Source: Octopus vulgaris
Lineage: Eukaryota
Length of the DNA stretch: 64,000 nucleotides
Direction of reading: 5' to 3'
Assembly: GCA_951406725.2 (NCBI GenBank)
Contig: OX597821.1
Span: 85,622,001-85,686,000, forward strand
The notes below the pieces were generated by a model. The model ran no database searches and had not been told where the DNA came from. It saw only the letters and a program-made list of their open reading frames with translations. Position 1 is the stretch's first letter; the number at the start of each line of letters is the position of its first letter. Below are positions 1-13,475 of this stretch, piece after piece. The translations under genes and the position numbers were made by a program.

Positions 1-429
1 ATAGATAAACAAAATAGCAATAAAAAAATAATTATAAAAGAATACGCTGAAATCTTAACAGAATAATTGTTTAGAAAATATGTAAAAATCCTATAAAACT
101 ATTTAGGATTAAAAAAAACTTAAACGTAGCTACAACAAAATATGAAGTATATTTAGGTAAGAAATATTTTCCAAAACATCCAGGCATGTGTATAAATCGC
201 TTTAAACAATTAACTATATCAAAATAGTTTCTTTTAAGTTTTGAATGTTTATCCTTTTCTTTCTTTCTTTCGTTTTTCTTTCTTTTTTTTTCTTCAATGA
301 AGAACGTTAGTAAAAAGGGAAGACTTGGATAGAGAATGTATATAAGACAGTGCTTGCGGGCTTTGACGGATCAACTGTTATTGGGTGGTATGTGTACGTG
401 AGAGAGAGACACAGAATGCACGAGGAGCC

Positions 430-1460
430 TTTATACAGAGGAAACTAGAAATAGACTGACACCGGCTGACTTATCGCCAGCGAAGGAGAAGTTACGTCGA
501 GCACTGCTGCTCCTCCTGCCGATCGCTAATTCTGTGACGGAGCTGAGAGAGGGGGGGAGGGAGATTCTTTCTCAGGGTGTGCGTGGTGTCGGTTCGGCTC
601 TGACATGTGTGTGTGTGTACGCGTGTGGAGGTCCGGCTTCCTATGATATATATATATATAAGTGCAGCGCTTGCTAGGTGAGTGCGTGTGTGTATGTATG
701 TGTGTTACCTTACTCTGTAGATAGATATTATGCATCAATAAATTTCAAAGAACTATAGATATATATTAGAGAGAGAGTGGGGAGGCTTGAGAGATAGAGA
801 CATGGTGAAGGAGGGAGTGATGAAGGACGGAACAGATAGGGGGGAGACTTGAAAGATAGAGACATGGTGAAGGAGGGAGTGATGAAAGACAGAACAGATA
901 GGGGGGAGACTTGAAAGATAGAGACATGGTGAAGGAGGGAGTGATGAAAGACGGGACAGAGAGGAAGAGGAACGGGCGGAGGTGATAAAGTGGGAGGAGT
1001 GGGAAGTTAAAGTGGCCTGTGTAGATTGAAGAGTTTGTTCAGTTAGGGAGTTGGAAGCGACAGAGGCATTTCGTGTGCGGACCACAGCAGCAGTTGAACA
1101 ACAGCTTAGCACATGCAAGAACAACGAACACCTACAATTTTACAAGACCAGGACAAGATCTCAACAAACATATTCCTAAGTGTGTTGGTAAGAAAACTGA
1201 TGGATTTTAAACAACACTGAAAAAAAAAAAAAAAAAGTTGTTCTGAAGCTTTTCCTACTCAACTTTACACATAGACGAATTGAAAGCATTTCCACAGGCG
1301 CCAACATCAGGGAACCGGTATCCATACACAGCTGGACTCACTCTATTTTTACTTTGATTTACGACAATGTAGCGCTCTCTGGAAGGCCCAAAACCTCATA
1401 ACTTTATTTACGCCTTCACTGTGCCTAAGTTACTTTTTCGTGCCCCAGGGAAAGGTATGG
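430..1460 (+). promoter_or_regulatory. Possible promoter / non-coding 5' exon region
   Basis: Locally GC/CpG-richer non-repeat sequence with strong donor-like sites TAG|GTGAGT (677/678) and AAG|GTATGG (1454/1455). No coding ORF and no transcript evidence. Confidence 0.25.
779..960. repeat. Purine-rich minisatellite, 62-bp unit, about 3 copies
   Basis: GATAGAGACATGGTGAAGGAGGGAGTGATGAA recurs at 793, 855 and 917 (period 62). Confidence 0.9.
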
Positions 1461-2580
1461 ATGTGACAAATTCTAATTTTTTTTTTCTATCGCTATATTA
1501 TGTGACACACGCCTTCAAGAAAGGTGGGATGAAAAGCCGTAACTATATTTAATATATTTCAGTGGCAGAAACACTTTAGTAAAGGTTAAAAGAAAAAAAA
1601 TTTAAGAGGGGGGACACGATGGGAGGGGAAATAATAGCAGGTTTTATTGTTTAAACTCCAAGGCAGATCAACGATCAAAGGTGTTACGCTCTTACATTAG
1701 CTGAAAGCTAATAAAAGTGATTACATAACACCTGTTTGTTTTTTTTTCTTTTTTGGTCATTCACTAACATGTATGGCAGGGTGTGATTTGGGAGAATTTA
1801 GCTGCTATTTCTGTTTGGACTGAATTTGTTCTTGATCGGTATTTTGTTTTTAATGAAGCACTGTGAAAATAGTAAATTGATTTTATTGCTTCTCTATACA
1901 TAAAAAGGAAACACCGTGTTTTCATGGGTTTCTGTCGTCGACCGTCTTGGTTACTGCTTATGAAACCGTTTCTGCTGTAGTAAGCAAACGAGAGGAATCT
2001 CAGTGTGGATAGGCGGCAAGTCTGCAGGTGACCTTTACTGGGGCGAAATCGACTCAATATTAGAACAAGCGAACAATAAAGCATTAGCGATTGGTTACGA
2101 ACCAGTCACTGGGGTAACCTTTCATACTTTCACGTTTTCTAAACTGAATGTCTTCTTCTATTTGATGGGTTCAGATAGAGTCGGGGAGTTGATGTATATC
2201 ATCCCTAGCCTGCCAAGGCTACCCGATTAATTAAATACCAGTTATGAGTCACACGATTTGGCTTCTATCTCAGATAAACAAAACTTTACATCGCACGTGA
2301 CATTTCTTCTTAATTTTGCTGTGTATATAATACATTTACATATACACACTGGATCTCTCCCTCCCAAACAATTATATAGATAGATATATAGACACATATG
2401 TATATAAGTTGGTGGAAATGTAAAGAAGTTTGAACGTTTTACTACAGTAGTCTCAGAGTAGAAATTAAACTTCATCTGAGGGAGTTGATAGAAAAACGAA
2501 GGGTAGACTGGAGGACGATGTATTTATAACGTCATTGGTACCCAGGGGTGTCTCTGCTTTCTCGTCATTAACAGTAAATT

Positions 2581-2829
2581 ATCAGAAGTCAGTGTTGCAC
2601 TAGAGAAAAATAATTAGGGGTACTCGTAGCGTAGACTGGACCCGGTACTAGTATCATAATTAGGATCTGAAATGAATCAGAGATCTTGGAGGAACATGTA
2701 AGCATCAGAAGTCAGTATTCCACTTGAGAAAAATAATTAGGGGTACTAGTAGCGTAGACTGGACCCGGTACTGGTACCATAATTAAGGATCTGAAATGAA
2801 TCAGAGATCTTGGAAGGACATGTAAGCAT
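2581..2829. repeat. Tandem duplication, ~123-bp unit x2
   Basis: ATCAGAAGTCAGT...ACATGTAAGCA begins at 2581 and again at 2704, with few differences. Confidence 0.9.
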
Positions 2830-5422
2830 ATTTGAAACGATATTTTATACTGTGTCTGTGGATGTTGAAATGGCAAAGAGGCCAGCAACAAACGGCAAAA
2901 AGGAATGGTTTAATGTTAAGAGTCGAGTAGAATAGTCGTCGATGAAGGCAAAATGCCTGATGCAGTCGGATTGAAGTGACGAGGATAAGTTGTTTGTAAA
3001 CAAACGGTTGTGGTGTTGTTTTGTTGGTGGTGGTCGGTGCCTGTTGTGGATTTCGCTTTTAACCGGTGTCGATGCAGCAACAACGAACGGTGCGGCGGAG
3101 ATGTTGTGTTGTGTGTATTTATGGTTTGTAAAGGCGAAGAAGAAGCTTGTGTGTAACACAACCAGACATTATTCATCTGGTCGTGCATGTGTGTGTGTGT
3201 CTGGAGGTATGTATACGTGGGTGCGTATAGAGGAGCTTTACGTATGTAAATAGATAAAGTGGAGGAATTGTAAAGAGGGGAGGGAGAAATATCGAACTCG
3301 GTGGGGGAAATAATTCTTTTATCGTTTGCTTGCTGATAGACAAGAAGGAGAAGAGAGAGAGAGAGAAAGAAAGTGGAACACACAGAGTGGACACACACCG
3401 ACTGACTGTGCGGTTTTGGCGCATTTCCGCAAATAGAAACCAGAAAATAATGCCATTGACTGTCGGGGGAGAATTAAATAAAAGTTTTTCATTGAAGTTG
3501 TTAAAAATGTGGACTGAGATGGGACAGCAAAGCGTGAGATAGAATTTCAAAACACTTACAGTTTAGTTTAGTCTTACATTCAGTCTTCTTTTCAGCCTCG
3601 TCTTGAAATCGCCGATCGAAGCATCCTGGGATAGCTTCCCTTTAACTTCACATCGCGCCAGATTTGCTTTTTCTTGTTTTTGCTCTCTTTTTTTTAAACT
3701 TTTTCTGTCTTTTATAATCTTTCTTGTTCCCCAACGTTACTTCTATATAAAGAATTCAATTTTTGTTCTAACACTTATGTTTACTAAATTTGTTTTTCTG
3801 ACTTATTTTTACCTCTTCATTTTATTTTCTTTCATTCATTATTCACCAACAAACATTACTATTGAATAATTTTAAGTGAAAATCGAACTTGGGAGCCTCA
3901 GATTAAAAAGAAATGTAAAGGAATCAATAAAGTTAGACCGGCAAAGTTTCCTAATTTCTCTTTTTTTGTCAATTTGAAATTCAAATATGTACCAAACTCC
4001 AAATTTACCGTGTTCAAAGGGTTACAATAATTTCGCATTCGCTGCAAACCTTCACACATTCAATATTTTTATTTTGTTTTTATCTTTAAAATTTTGAAAC
4101 TTTTTTGGAGATTCGCTAATAAAATAAAATATATGAATTAATTATTGTATTAGTGCCATAAATGTTTCCAGTGCTATGAATAAAAATATATTTCTGACAA
4201 CATCTTCCTCATTTGTTTATGTGATGTTCATAAGCAACATGAGCGGACTTTTTAGATTCTTCCATTTTATAAATATTGGTTATAGTGGCGCTTTATTTAT
4301 CGACCTCAGAAGGAAAAAAAAAGGTAAAGTTGACCATGGTGGTATTTGAACTGGGAACGTAAAAACTTCAACTTAAATGTTGTCTGATGGTTTTGCCAAT
4401 CAACCATCGTTTGTAAAGGAGAAAATAAAGTTATCCAAATGGATAATTTAACTTACCGAATTTTGTTGATGTCTCATTTTGTTTCATTGTTATCTAAATA
4501 TATAAATTTGACGACTTATTATTTTAATCATATTATTCTCACCTTTATATCTACATTTTTATAGGTACCCAGACGATTACCAGTGTTCTTTTCTGAAAAG
4601 TATTAGGAAAATATATATTAAATGGCGGTGCTCCAGCATGGCCACAGCTTGTGAGCTGAAACTAGATAAATAAAAAAAAATTTTAAATTACGTAGGTACG
4701 TGGCCCGCAACCCCTAGTTTCAGTTTTATGGAAGAGATTGTGATGCATGTCTGGTACTATACAGATATATCGATGTTTAAACTCCAGGTATTTTGTCAAT
4801 GCTTAACTTCAGATTTGATAGCATAGAAAGGATAAAAGTTATACCTACTCCAGAATAAAAATACGGGTCTGACAAGACAACGAAAGAGCCTCTATACGAT
4901 CAATCGACCAGTTAGAAATAGCAGCTCGTATTTGCCTCAAATGAAAGCCTACTGTCTTGTAAAAATAGAAAGGCCACATAAGATAATGCCATCCTAGATA
5001 CTTCTAAAGTTGATTACTGTTGGAATACCTAAACTACAGCAACATAAGTATTTCGAGAAAATGAAGGTCCTTCTGAGCGCCAGTGTTTCCAAATGATGTT
5101 CCTCCGAATACTAGGGTTCTGCGAGGGGTTGCTAGGCATTCCACCAAAAATAGTAGTAAGTAAACTATATGCAAGTACGTTTTCTTTTTAATTCTATAGT
5201 CGTAATTTTACTTTGCCCATATGGCATATTCCCTAAAATAGGAAAATGCTTGCACGAGTAGGTAGTAAGGAAACTTAACTGGAAAATAGACATTTCAACA
5301 GTGACTTGTTGGGGAATTTAATCTAAACGAGATTTTGGGGCGAAATAATACAATCATCAGTTTGTGGCAGAATTTTCGACCTTTATCTACGAAGTAAGGT
5401 ATGTAAAATTATTAAGGAGGTA

Positions 5423-5912
5423 TTACTGTTCTATATTTAAGATATGAGGAATTATGTACATTATTTACATTTGACGGATATTTGTCCTCATCTTGTTTGT
5501 TAACACAACGTTTCGGTTGATATACCCTCCAGCCTTCATCAGGTGTCTTGGGGAAATTTCGAACCTGGGTTCTTATTCCTAAGGTATTTTTCGGTGTTGT
5601 TATTATTCAGGGCACTGCCTGGAATCGAACTCGGAGTCTTGGGATTAGTAGCCCGCGCTGTTACCAATTCGCCATATGCCCTTGGGCGTAGTGGTTAAGA
5701 GCGCAGGCTACTAACCCCAAGACTCCGAGTTCTGATTCCAGGCAGTGACCTGAATAATAATAACAATAACATCGAAAAATACATTAGGAATGAGAACCCA
5801 GGTTCGAAATTTCCCCCAAGACACCTGATGAAGGCTGGACGGTACATTTAGCGAAAAGTTGTGTTAACAACAAACAAGATGACGACAAATATCCATCAAA
5901 TGTAAATAATGC
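5423..5912. mobile_element. Head-to-head inverted dimer of a tRNA-derived SINE carrying a hammerhead motif (Penelope-type architecture)
   Basis: Inverted arms 5459-5681 and 5684-5911. Each arm starts GGGC at the centre with tRNA A-box/B-box-like motifs. Flanking 9-bp direct repeat AAGGAGGTA at 5414-5422 and 5913-5921. The left arm has an unpaired ~36-bp extension. Confidence 0.8.
5502..5547 (-). ncRNA. Minimal type I hammerhead ribozyme motif
   Basis: Minus strand reads GACAC-CUGAUGA-A-GGCUG(gagggtatat)CAACC-GAAA-CG-UU-GUGUU: stem I, intact core, stem II with one mismatch, palindromic mini stem III. A more decayed copy lies on + at 5820-5865. Confidence 0.75.
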
Positions 5913-7611
5913 AAGGAGGTAATTAACCTTTAGTCCATTTATGTGATTCTGTACTCCAAAATGTTCAAACACCACTCACATTGCTCAGCTTGTTAGAAAT
6001 AATAGCAAATCTCCTTCAAATCACTTTCTATCTCTTAAAGAAAAGAGGACACATTGGGCTAAATTGGATTGAACTAACAACTACTTTCAAGCAGGCCTTA
6101 CCGCATTGTCAAAAGAATCACGGAGGCAAAAGCTGTAATAAAGAGGTGTGCTCCCGGACAGCCGAGACAATAACGTTGTTTCGATTTCTTGTTGCTTCCG
6201 TTTCACTTCACTAATCTTGATAATATGCTGCAGAAAGGCATAAATGCCATAACATCTTGTTTATTTAAGGAAGTACTGATTTTGATATTCCTGTATCTCT
6301 ATTAAAATTACCACTGAAAACTAACACTTTGCTCGACACCTCAAATTTATGAAAGTAAATTGGAGAACATTAATTAAATAAATGAAGGAAAATAAGTTAC
6401 ATCCGAAGAAAGGCCGGCCCTAGGCTTTCTGGTGCGTCGGGCAAGCTGAATTTTATTACTGTTAAGGAGCAAAATTAGCCAAGTGTAGGAATAAATAGTT
6501 TAATACAGTTTACAAGATATAGCAAAGTGTTTATTTTCATTTCCCTCGTTTGTTTGGAAGATTAGGATCTTTGTGCAATTGGAGGGCAATCAGGGTGACG
6601 GAATGTACACCAAAACAATGGACAAGGTGAAGAGGCCGACCAAAGACGAGATGTCACCCACTGCCTGGGGCCTACATGGCAAGAACTGGTCAGAGACAGA
6701 CAGCAGCGGAAGGAATTCCTCCTTCAAGACTGATGAAGCCCTGGTTGAGGTTGAGCATCTTTCTAATGATGTGCGCATTGAGCTACTGACTGAATTATCG
6801 GTTCTTGTCCAGGGTTCAAAACTGGCTTGTGAACTCAGCTTTAAACTTTTTTTAATAAGACGGTTTTACACATGCACGCATGTATATTTATTTATATAGG
6901 AGAGGCAATGGATAGTACTCTCGGAAGTTGCAGGTTCTTACTGGGAGAAATCGATGGGAATGATGCTCAAGAGAACTGAACGGAATCACCGGGAATCTGA
7001 CCCGAATGCATCCAAGGTCCAAATGGTAGGGCAGTATGTTAGAGCAACGGACTCTCATTCCAAAAAAAAAAAAAAATTTACAAAGCATTTGAAATGATAA
7101 ATTTTGTGGGGATTTGGCATGATATTCGAAATAGCATTGTTAGTCTTTGAGGCTCTAGTTTTAAAATCGAAATCGAAATTCACGAAGAAATTTGCAATGT
7201 AATTAAGCACAAAAAACTGAAAACTATAACAATATTTCACAAGCAATATCCAGAAGATTACGTTCCATTCAGATGAGTTACTTACGACACTCTAAAGGAA
7301 ACAAAATAGACTAAAAGAAACTACTTCAGGGGCGAATCTTCATATGAATATTGTTGGGTCTCACATATGCAATACAGTGAGTTGAAAAACTTCGCCTAAC
7401 TGATATTATTGAAACAATTAATTAGGTAAAAAATTCCTTTAGGGATGTTTAAAATTTACACACAAGGCAAGAGGGATAATTCAAATATATCGCTTCATGG
7501 AAAGTTTTGGACAATCTCGACAATATATACAGAAATGGATCTGGTTTTAAAGCTGACAAGCAAAAGCAACGGACAGTGAAACATATTCTTCTCAGTTGTG
7601 AAGTCTAAGAG

Positions 7612-7659
<48 letters not shown>

Positions 7660-7660
<1 letters not shown>

Positions 7661-7753
7661 GAGGGTTGTATGAAAAGTCTTGAGCCTCAAAAAACAAAAC
7701 ATGGTACAAGACTTCTGATGAAGACTCAAAGGCCTTGAAAGCTCAAAACTTTC

Positions 7754-7758
<5 letters not shown>
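7660..7758. mobile_element. Tiny Tc1/mariner-derived MITE between (TA)n tracts
   Basis: TA-CGAGGGTTGTATGAAAAGTCTTGAGCCT left end; partial inverted copy AAGCTCAAAACTTTCCATAC at 7739-7758; (TA)n on both sides. Confidence 0.6.
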
Positions 7759-7819
<61 letters not shown>

Positions 7820-10136
7820 GCGAGAGAGATGTGTATATGAAATAATACAAATACAAATGACAAAAACAACCAAAGTTCAAGGGTGTTCACAATTAGGGTA
7901 ACGCACAAGAGGGGAAAAGTTACAGAGTAAAAGTATAACGCTTCGGAAATAGTCTTTTGTCGAGTACTAGAGGTAAGTCCAAGAGAAACTGGGAAGAGGA
8001 GTGCTAGGAAAAACGCACGTGGGTTAGGTTCACATGCTCCACACACATACACACCACATATTCAATGACCTCAGTATTTCAGTGGAAGGTTGTATACGTA
8101 CGCATCTATTGAAAGATATTGCCACAAAAACGATTACACTGTAGCAAATTTAGGAAGAAACCTAGTCTCTGTAATCTGGTTAGGAGGACAGCAACTCCAA
8201 ATTAGAAATTTCATCTTATTATGAACAACCTCTCGAGTACCTCAAACAAGATAGATTTTCGCTATAAAGGAGATATTAAAACCATGTAAAAGATTAAACA
8301 AACGGGCAAGATGTGGGTTCCGTACGCTCCAGTACTGGCAACCTGACTTGTAAGGGAGTAATTCTGAATGAAACCAGTACGAGTTCTCAAGAGCCAGCAG
8401 AACGATAAAATGCATCTATTGTCGTTGATAGGAAAGGCACTTGATCATAAAAACTAGTTATAGAGATTGGGTTATTTTCTCTGTAAAACCTGTTTAACTC
8501 AAACAATCATTAAAAATATCGTGGTGGTGGTGGTGGTATTGATGATAATGGTGAGAAGGAGGATGTCCACGACAACGTCTTAACAGTTAGCGCGACTCGC
8601 TATCTTGCAACAGGAACAATTTCTTACACAGACTCTGGACCCTACCCTAATTGTGTCTATAGGTGACAGAACATGAAATTGCATCACGTTTATTTTTCAA
8701 TGACATTCGCAGTTGTAGTGAAATGAAGTGAACCTAACAAGAACTAAGGTCGACTGGCAGACATTGGTAATTTGAATTTATTCCAAGGCAGCCATTTATT
8801 GTCATTGATGTTGTTGTTGCTGTTTAGCCTCAGATAAGCTCTAATACAACATATTATGGTCAACGATTTTCCAGTCGTGGGCATTTCGTCTTTTGTTTTT
8901 TCTTCATATCTATTGTATTCAAGATATTACTATACTTCTTTGACGAGGTCTAACATGGAAACATGTCTTGCTGTCACCATACTTGCCAGCAAAGATCAGA
9001 TTACTCCTAATCTTGAAAATGATTTTCTATGAAAAACCTTACGAATGCCATCAAATTGTCTCTCCTTATTTGAGAAGTCGCTAACATCTGCCGGTAGATT
9101 TTTGTTTTCTTTTGCCATCAAGAGAAAATTTTCACTTTATTAAGAATTTTTTCGTACATCTTATAATACATCACCAACTACCTGAATCATCTTGATTCTT
9201 GTCAATGGTCTGATTCAGGTATTTCTCTTAGTTCACTTCTTTTCGCAATTATGCAAATTGCTAATACCAAATATGTCCATAACTCTTTTCGTATTTATAA
9301 AAATCTTTGTCTACTGGACCGACAAGTTCGAGATGACTATACTTCAATAGTAAAGTCAAACATGACCGAAAGCAGATTCATAATTTCCACTGTTCCTCTA
9401 AACAAAGACCAGGACCATATTTCTCACAAACAGGGATATCATTTTCTGTGAAATAGATTCTAAATTATCTCCCCCTTTTTGAGAGTTGCTACCGCTGGTG
9501 CAAGGTGTTTCATTTCATTCCCCGACTCAGAAGCAATTTTCATAAAGAATTTTTACGTAAACTCTACACTGCCCCATCATGTCCTGAATTCTGTCTTATT
9601 ATTTTAAAGATGGCATTCTGTTATTTGAAGAAAAGTTGCTTTATTTCTTGCAGATTGAGAGATTGTGTTTTCCCTCTCTGGTTTGTGGTTTACAAAGTCA
9701 GTTCAGAGTGTTATGGGAAGCTGCTTGATATACCAAGGCCTGGGTTTAAATTAAATTCAAGCACCATGCCTCCCAGACATAATACAACTCCGACTGCGGG
9801 AATACAAATTCGCAACTCGAGATAGTTTTATGAAATCTGAAAAAGATATTTTCTTCCAATTAAGTTTCATACTTTATTTTATATTTTTTTGAATTTTATT
9901 TTCACTTCTCTGTTTTTGTCATTTAGTGGAACTAATGACAGAGTTAGCCTGGTTGATGGGCGGGCAGAAATGATGTGAGAAATTATAATTGTCGATATAT
10001 CGGCAGTCAGCAAAACGAGATGCAAATGGGAAGATGAAGAAGTAACTAAGACATAGCATTTGCATCAGATTATCTTGAAACACCATTAATAAATTTTCAT
10101 AAACTTACTAGATTTGAGGAAATAAAGAATTCAGTT

Positions 10137-10138
<2 letters not shown>

Positions 10139-10218
<80 letters not shown>
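10139..10218. repeat. (AC)n microsatellite
   Basis: Direct reading. Confidence 0.98.
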
Positions 10219-10221
<3 letters not shown>

Positions 10222-10390
10222 TTAAACAGATATTTTATGCACTTCCAGGGAAATGGTACCGGGGTACTGAAGCGTTTCATACCACGATACACTTCACAGA
10301 ATCAGTTTCCATAAAACTAAAATTAACATTATCACATTATATATTTTAAAATTGCTTTTTTATTTAACCCTTTCTTTCGAATATGCATAC

Positions 10391-10407
10391 ATAACGTGTG
10401 CATCTAG

Positions 10408-10500
<93 letters not shown>
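10391..10500. repeat. (TA)n microsatellite
   Basis: Direct reading. Confidence 0.98.
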
Positions 10501-10502
<2 letters not shown>

Positions 10503-11372
10503 CACAAATTGAGATAGGGGTTGTAAATGCAACCCTCCATGGGATAACATATATCCAATATACTGCTAGTGAAGTACCCAACAAGGTTAATACATAAATG
10601 TTAAGGATTGCGATGCAATCAATTCATTTACTGTATTATATGGGCAAAGGTAAAATGTTTTACCACAAATTCATAATACCAAATAAGAAAATGGAGAAAT
10701 ACATCTAAATCAAATATCAATTACCAGATAGTACTCAATCACATACTTTATTAAATCACCACATAAGAAACTATAGGGTTAAACATAAAAAAGTAGAACA
10801 AAACAGTGTACATAAAGGAGTGTACATAAAAGAGTAATGTTATACAATAAGTAGAATATATATAAGAGAATATAAATATAAGTAAATATAAATATAAATA
10901 TAGATTACATCTTACAGCTGTTTCGGCCATGTAGATAAGTATGTCTCATTTTACTTATATTAGCCTTTTATGGTAGGACATGCACAGGAATTGTTTTGAA
11001 TTGAGACTATTCAAAACGTAACTGATTACAACGAAGCGAGATGGATTTTTCATTTTAGGTACAGCAAAACCTGTTGAGGAGAATTGAGGCACTCACCAGA
11101 ATTCGAAATCATGATCCAGCTATATCTGTTACCTAATTCTACGGCTATTTAGCTGAGATAGTATGTTGAATTCCGCTCGTTTGCGCGATTTCTATCGGTC
11201 CGTTGCATATTTTCAGTGAGATTGATGACTAAGTTGAGGGTTTTTACTCCCACCTTCTAGCAATCTGGTGCTTCGTATACTCTCTAATATAATTATGAAT
11301 TTATCGCATAGCTAATATCGCTTGCTGCCACTAATATTATTATTGTTATTATCAATTCTTTAGATTTGCCAT

Positions 11373-11408
<36 letters not shown>

Positions 11409-11479
11409 CGATGACGATGATGATGATGATGATGATTATGATAATAATAATAATAACAATAATAATAATAATAATAATA

Positions 11480-12023
11480 TGCCCTGATGCAGTACCAGAC
11501 AGAGGCTCTCATGGCTTCTGATTTTAACTGATTAGAAGTGTTATCATGTACATAGTTTTGTCTTGGTATAAAAGATGGGCTACAGCAAATATTCTGCTCA
11601 ATACCACAGATTTGTTTGTCAGTTGTTTGACCTTAACCAGTTGAGCATGTCCCTTAGTGGCCGATGGTATGTGCATCCCTGAACGCGAGCAGAAGTAGAG
11701 GAGGAGCATTATAGCCATGTGTTGAGAGGAATTCTTTGGAGTTTGGATAAATCACCTTCGGAAATATGGGTGTTTTGTTCAACATCTTTAAACAACCCTT
11801 ATTCAGGGACCTTTTGAGTGGGATGGGCTACTCGACCTGAAGGAAATTCTACCTGCAAAGTCATGCACGGCTTATCTTGATTTGAAATCCTCATGTCGCA
11901 CACATATGGTTGTAATGCATGTGCCTGGTGTACCCTTATCAGACGGGTAGTCATGATGGGTATACTGAGCTCTGTATATTTTACCCCAGTGTCACTGTGA
12001 TGGCATGCAATGCTCTCTCACTC

Positions 12024-12024
<1 letters not shown>
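11480..12024 (+). mobile_element. ~545-bp non-autonomous retroelement inserted in (TAA)n, longest copy
   Basis: Begins TGCCCTGATGCAGTACCAG, ends CTCTCTCACTCA followed by (ATA)n. Homologous to the copies at 30768 and 36611. (AAT)n on both sides. Confidence 0.85.
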
Positions 12025-12081
<57 letters not shown>

Positions 12082-12503
12082 TCTTTGCGGGTATTCATTT
12101 GAATATTTACTCATTTATATATATATTCGTTTCGTTTCGTTTGTTGTATGTCCTGTTTGTGTTACCTACTTTGACCCTCCGCAAATCCCAAATTTTAATT
12201 TGGTTCGCGGGAGCAACTGCCTTCACAGTCTTATCTTGTCGTTCATTGCTCGAAATAAGGAGTAGAAGGACAGCCGACAACTAATGAAGGGTCGTCTGTG
12301 GAGTGCTCAGCCACTCGCACGTTAATTTCACGAGCCGGCTGTTCCGTTGATCGGATCAACTGAAATCCTCGTCGTCGTAACCGACGGAGTGCCAGTTAAG
12401 ACATACATGCATCGTACAAGGCACAACTTCATTCTCCGCTAGACTAATTAGAGTCATTGAGAGTGTTCTACAACTAATTAGAAATTAGAGTTATGATCAA
12501 ATA

Positions 12504-12696
12504 TGCGCAAGAGTGGCTGTGTAGCTTGCTTACCAACCGCATAGTTCCGGGTTCAGTCCCACTGCGTGGCACTTTGGGCGAGTGTCTTCTACTATAGCCT
12601 CGGGCCGACCAAAGCCTTGTGAGTGGATTTGGTAGACGGAAACTGAAAGAAGCCCGTCGTATATATGTATATGTATATATGTGTGTGTGTGTGAGT

Positions 12697-12744
<48 letters not shown>

Positions 12745-12955
12745 TTGTATGTCTGTGTTTGTCCCCCCAACATCGCTTGACAACCGATGCTGGTGTGGTT
12801 ACGTCCCCGTAACTTAGCGGTTCGGCAAAAGAGATACAGACAGAATTAGTACTAGGTTTACAAAGAATAAATCCTGGGGTCGATTTGCTCGACTAGAAGG
12901 CAGTGCTCCAGCATGGCCGCAGTCAAATGACTGAAACAAGTAAAAGAGTAAAAGA
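12504..12955 (+). mobile_element. Cephalopod-type tRNA-derived SINE (family A, internal TA/TG tract)
   Basis: GAGTGGCTGTG...GGGTTCAGTCCC head, central microsatellite, 3' end CAGCATGGCCGCAGTCAAATGACTGAAACAAGTAAAAGA; about 12 copies in the window. Confidence 0.9.
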
Positions 12956-13049
12956 ATGTGTTTATGTGAAATAAATGAACAGAAAGAGAGAATCATTAAC
13001 GAACCCTTATAAAGAAAATGCATGTATATGTATAAATAGAAAGGTACAT

Positions 13050-13204
13050 AGGGATGGCAGAGTGGTAAGAAGTTTGCTTCCCAGCCGCATGGTTCCAGGT
13101 TCAGTCCCAATGCGTGGCACCATACGCAAATGTCTTCTACAATAACCGCAGGCAAACCAATGCCCTGTGAGAAGATTTGGTCGATGAAAACTGAAAGAAG
13201 CCTT

Positions 13205-13271
<67 letters not shown>

Positions 13272-13475
13272 CTTGTGTCTGACTTTCACCACTGCTTGAC
13301 AACCGGTATTTGTTTACGTACACGTAACTTAGCGGTTCGTCAAAACGCAAAACGATAGAATAAGTACCAGCCTTAAACAATAAATACTGGGGTTGGTTTG
13401 TTCGCCTAAACCTTTCAAGGTGGGGGCCCCAGCATGGCCGCAGTCTAATGACTGAAACTAGTAAAAGATAAAAGA
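13050..13475 (+). mobile_element. SINE family A, diverged copy
   Basis: Same head, body and tail motifs as 12504-12955. Confidence 0.85.

Noticed and set aside
5684-5752. Functional tRNA gene (also ~13901-13975)
   Set aside because: A/B boxes are present but the acceptor and T stems do not pair properly, and the sequence continues into SINE bodies.
7712-7750. CTGATGA...GAAA hammerhead-like string
   Set aside because: Stems I and II pair poorly, and the 3' half is explained by the mariner TIR.
8950-9760. Possible decayed coding sequence (also ~61150-62050 and ~6570-7040)
   Set aside because: Looks like old transposon-derived sequence, but I could not identify a motif confidently.
10908-11102. 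Very long stem II hammerhead on minus strand (GAAACAGCUGUA with distant CUGGUGA)
   Set aside because: Core is mutated, stem I is unconvincing and the halves are ~170 nt apart; at best a fossil.
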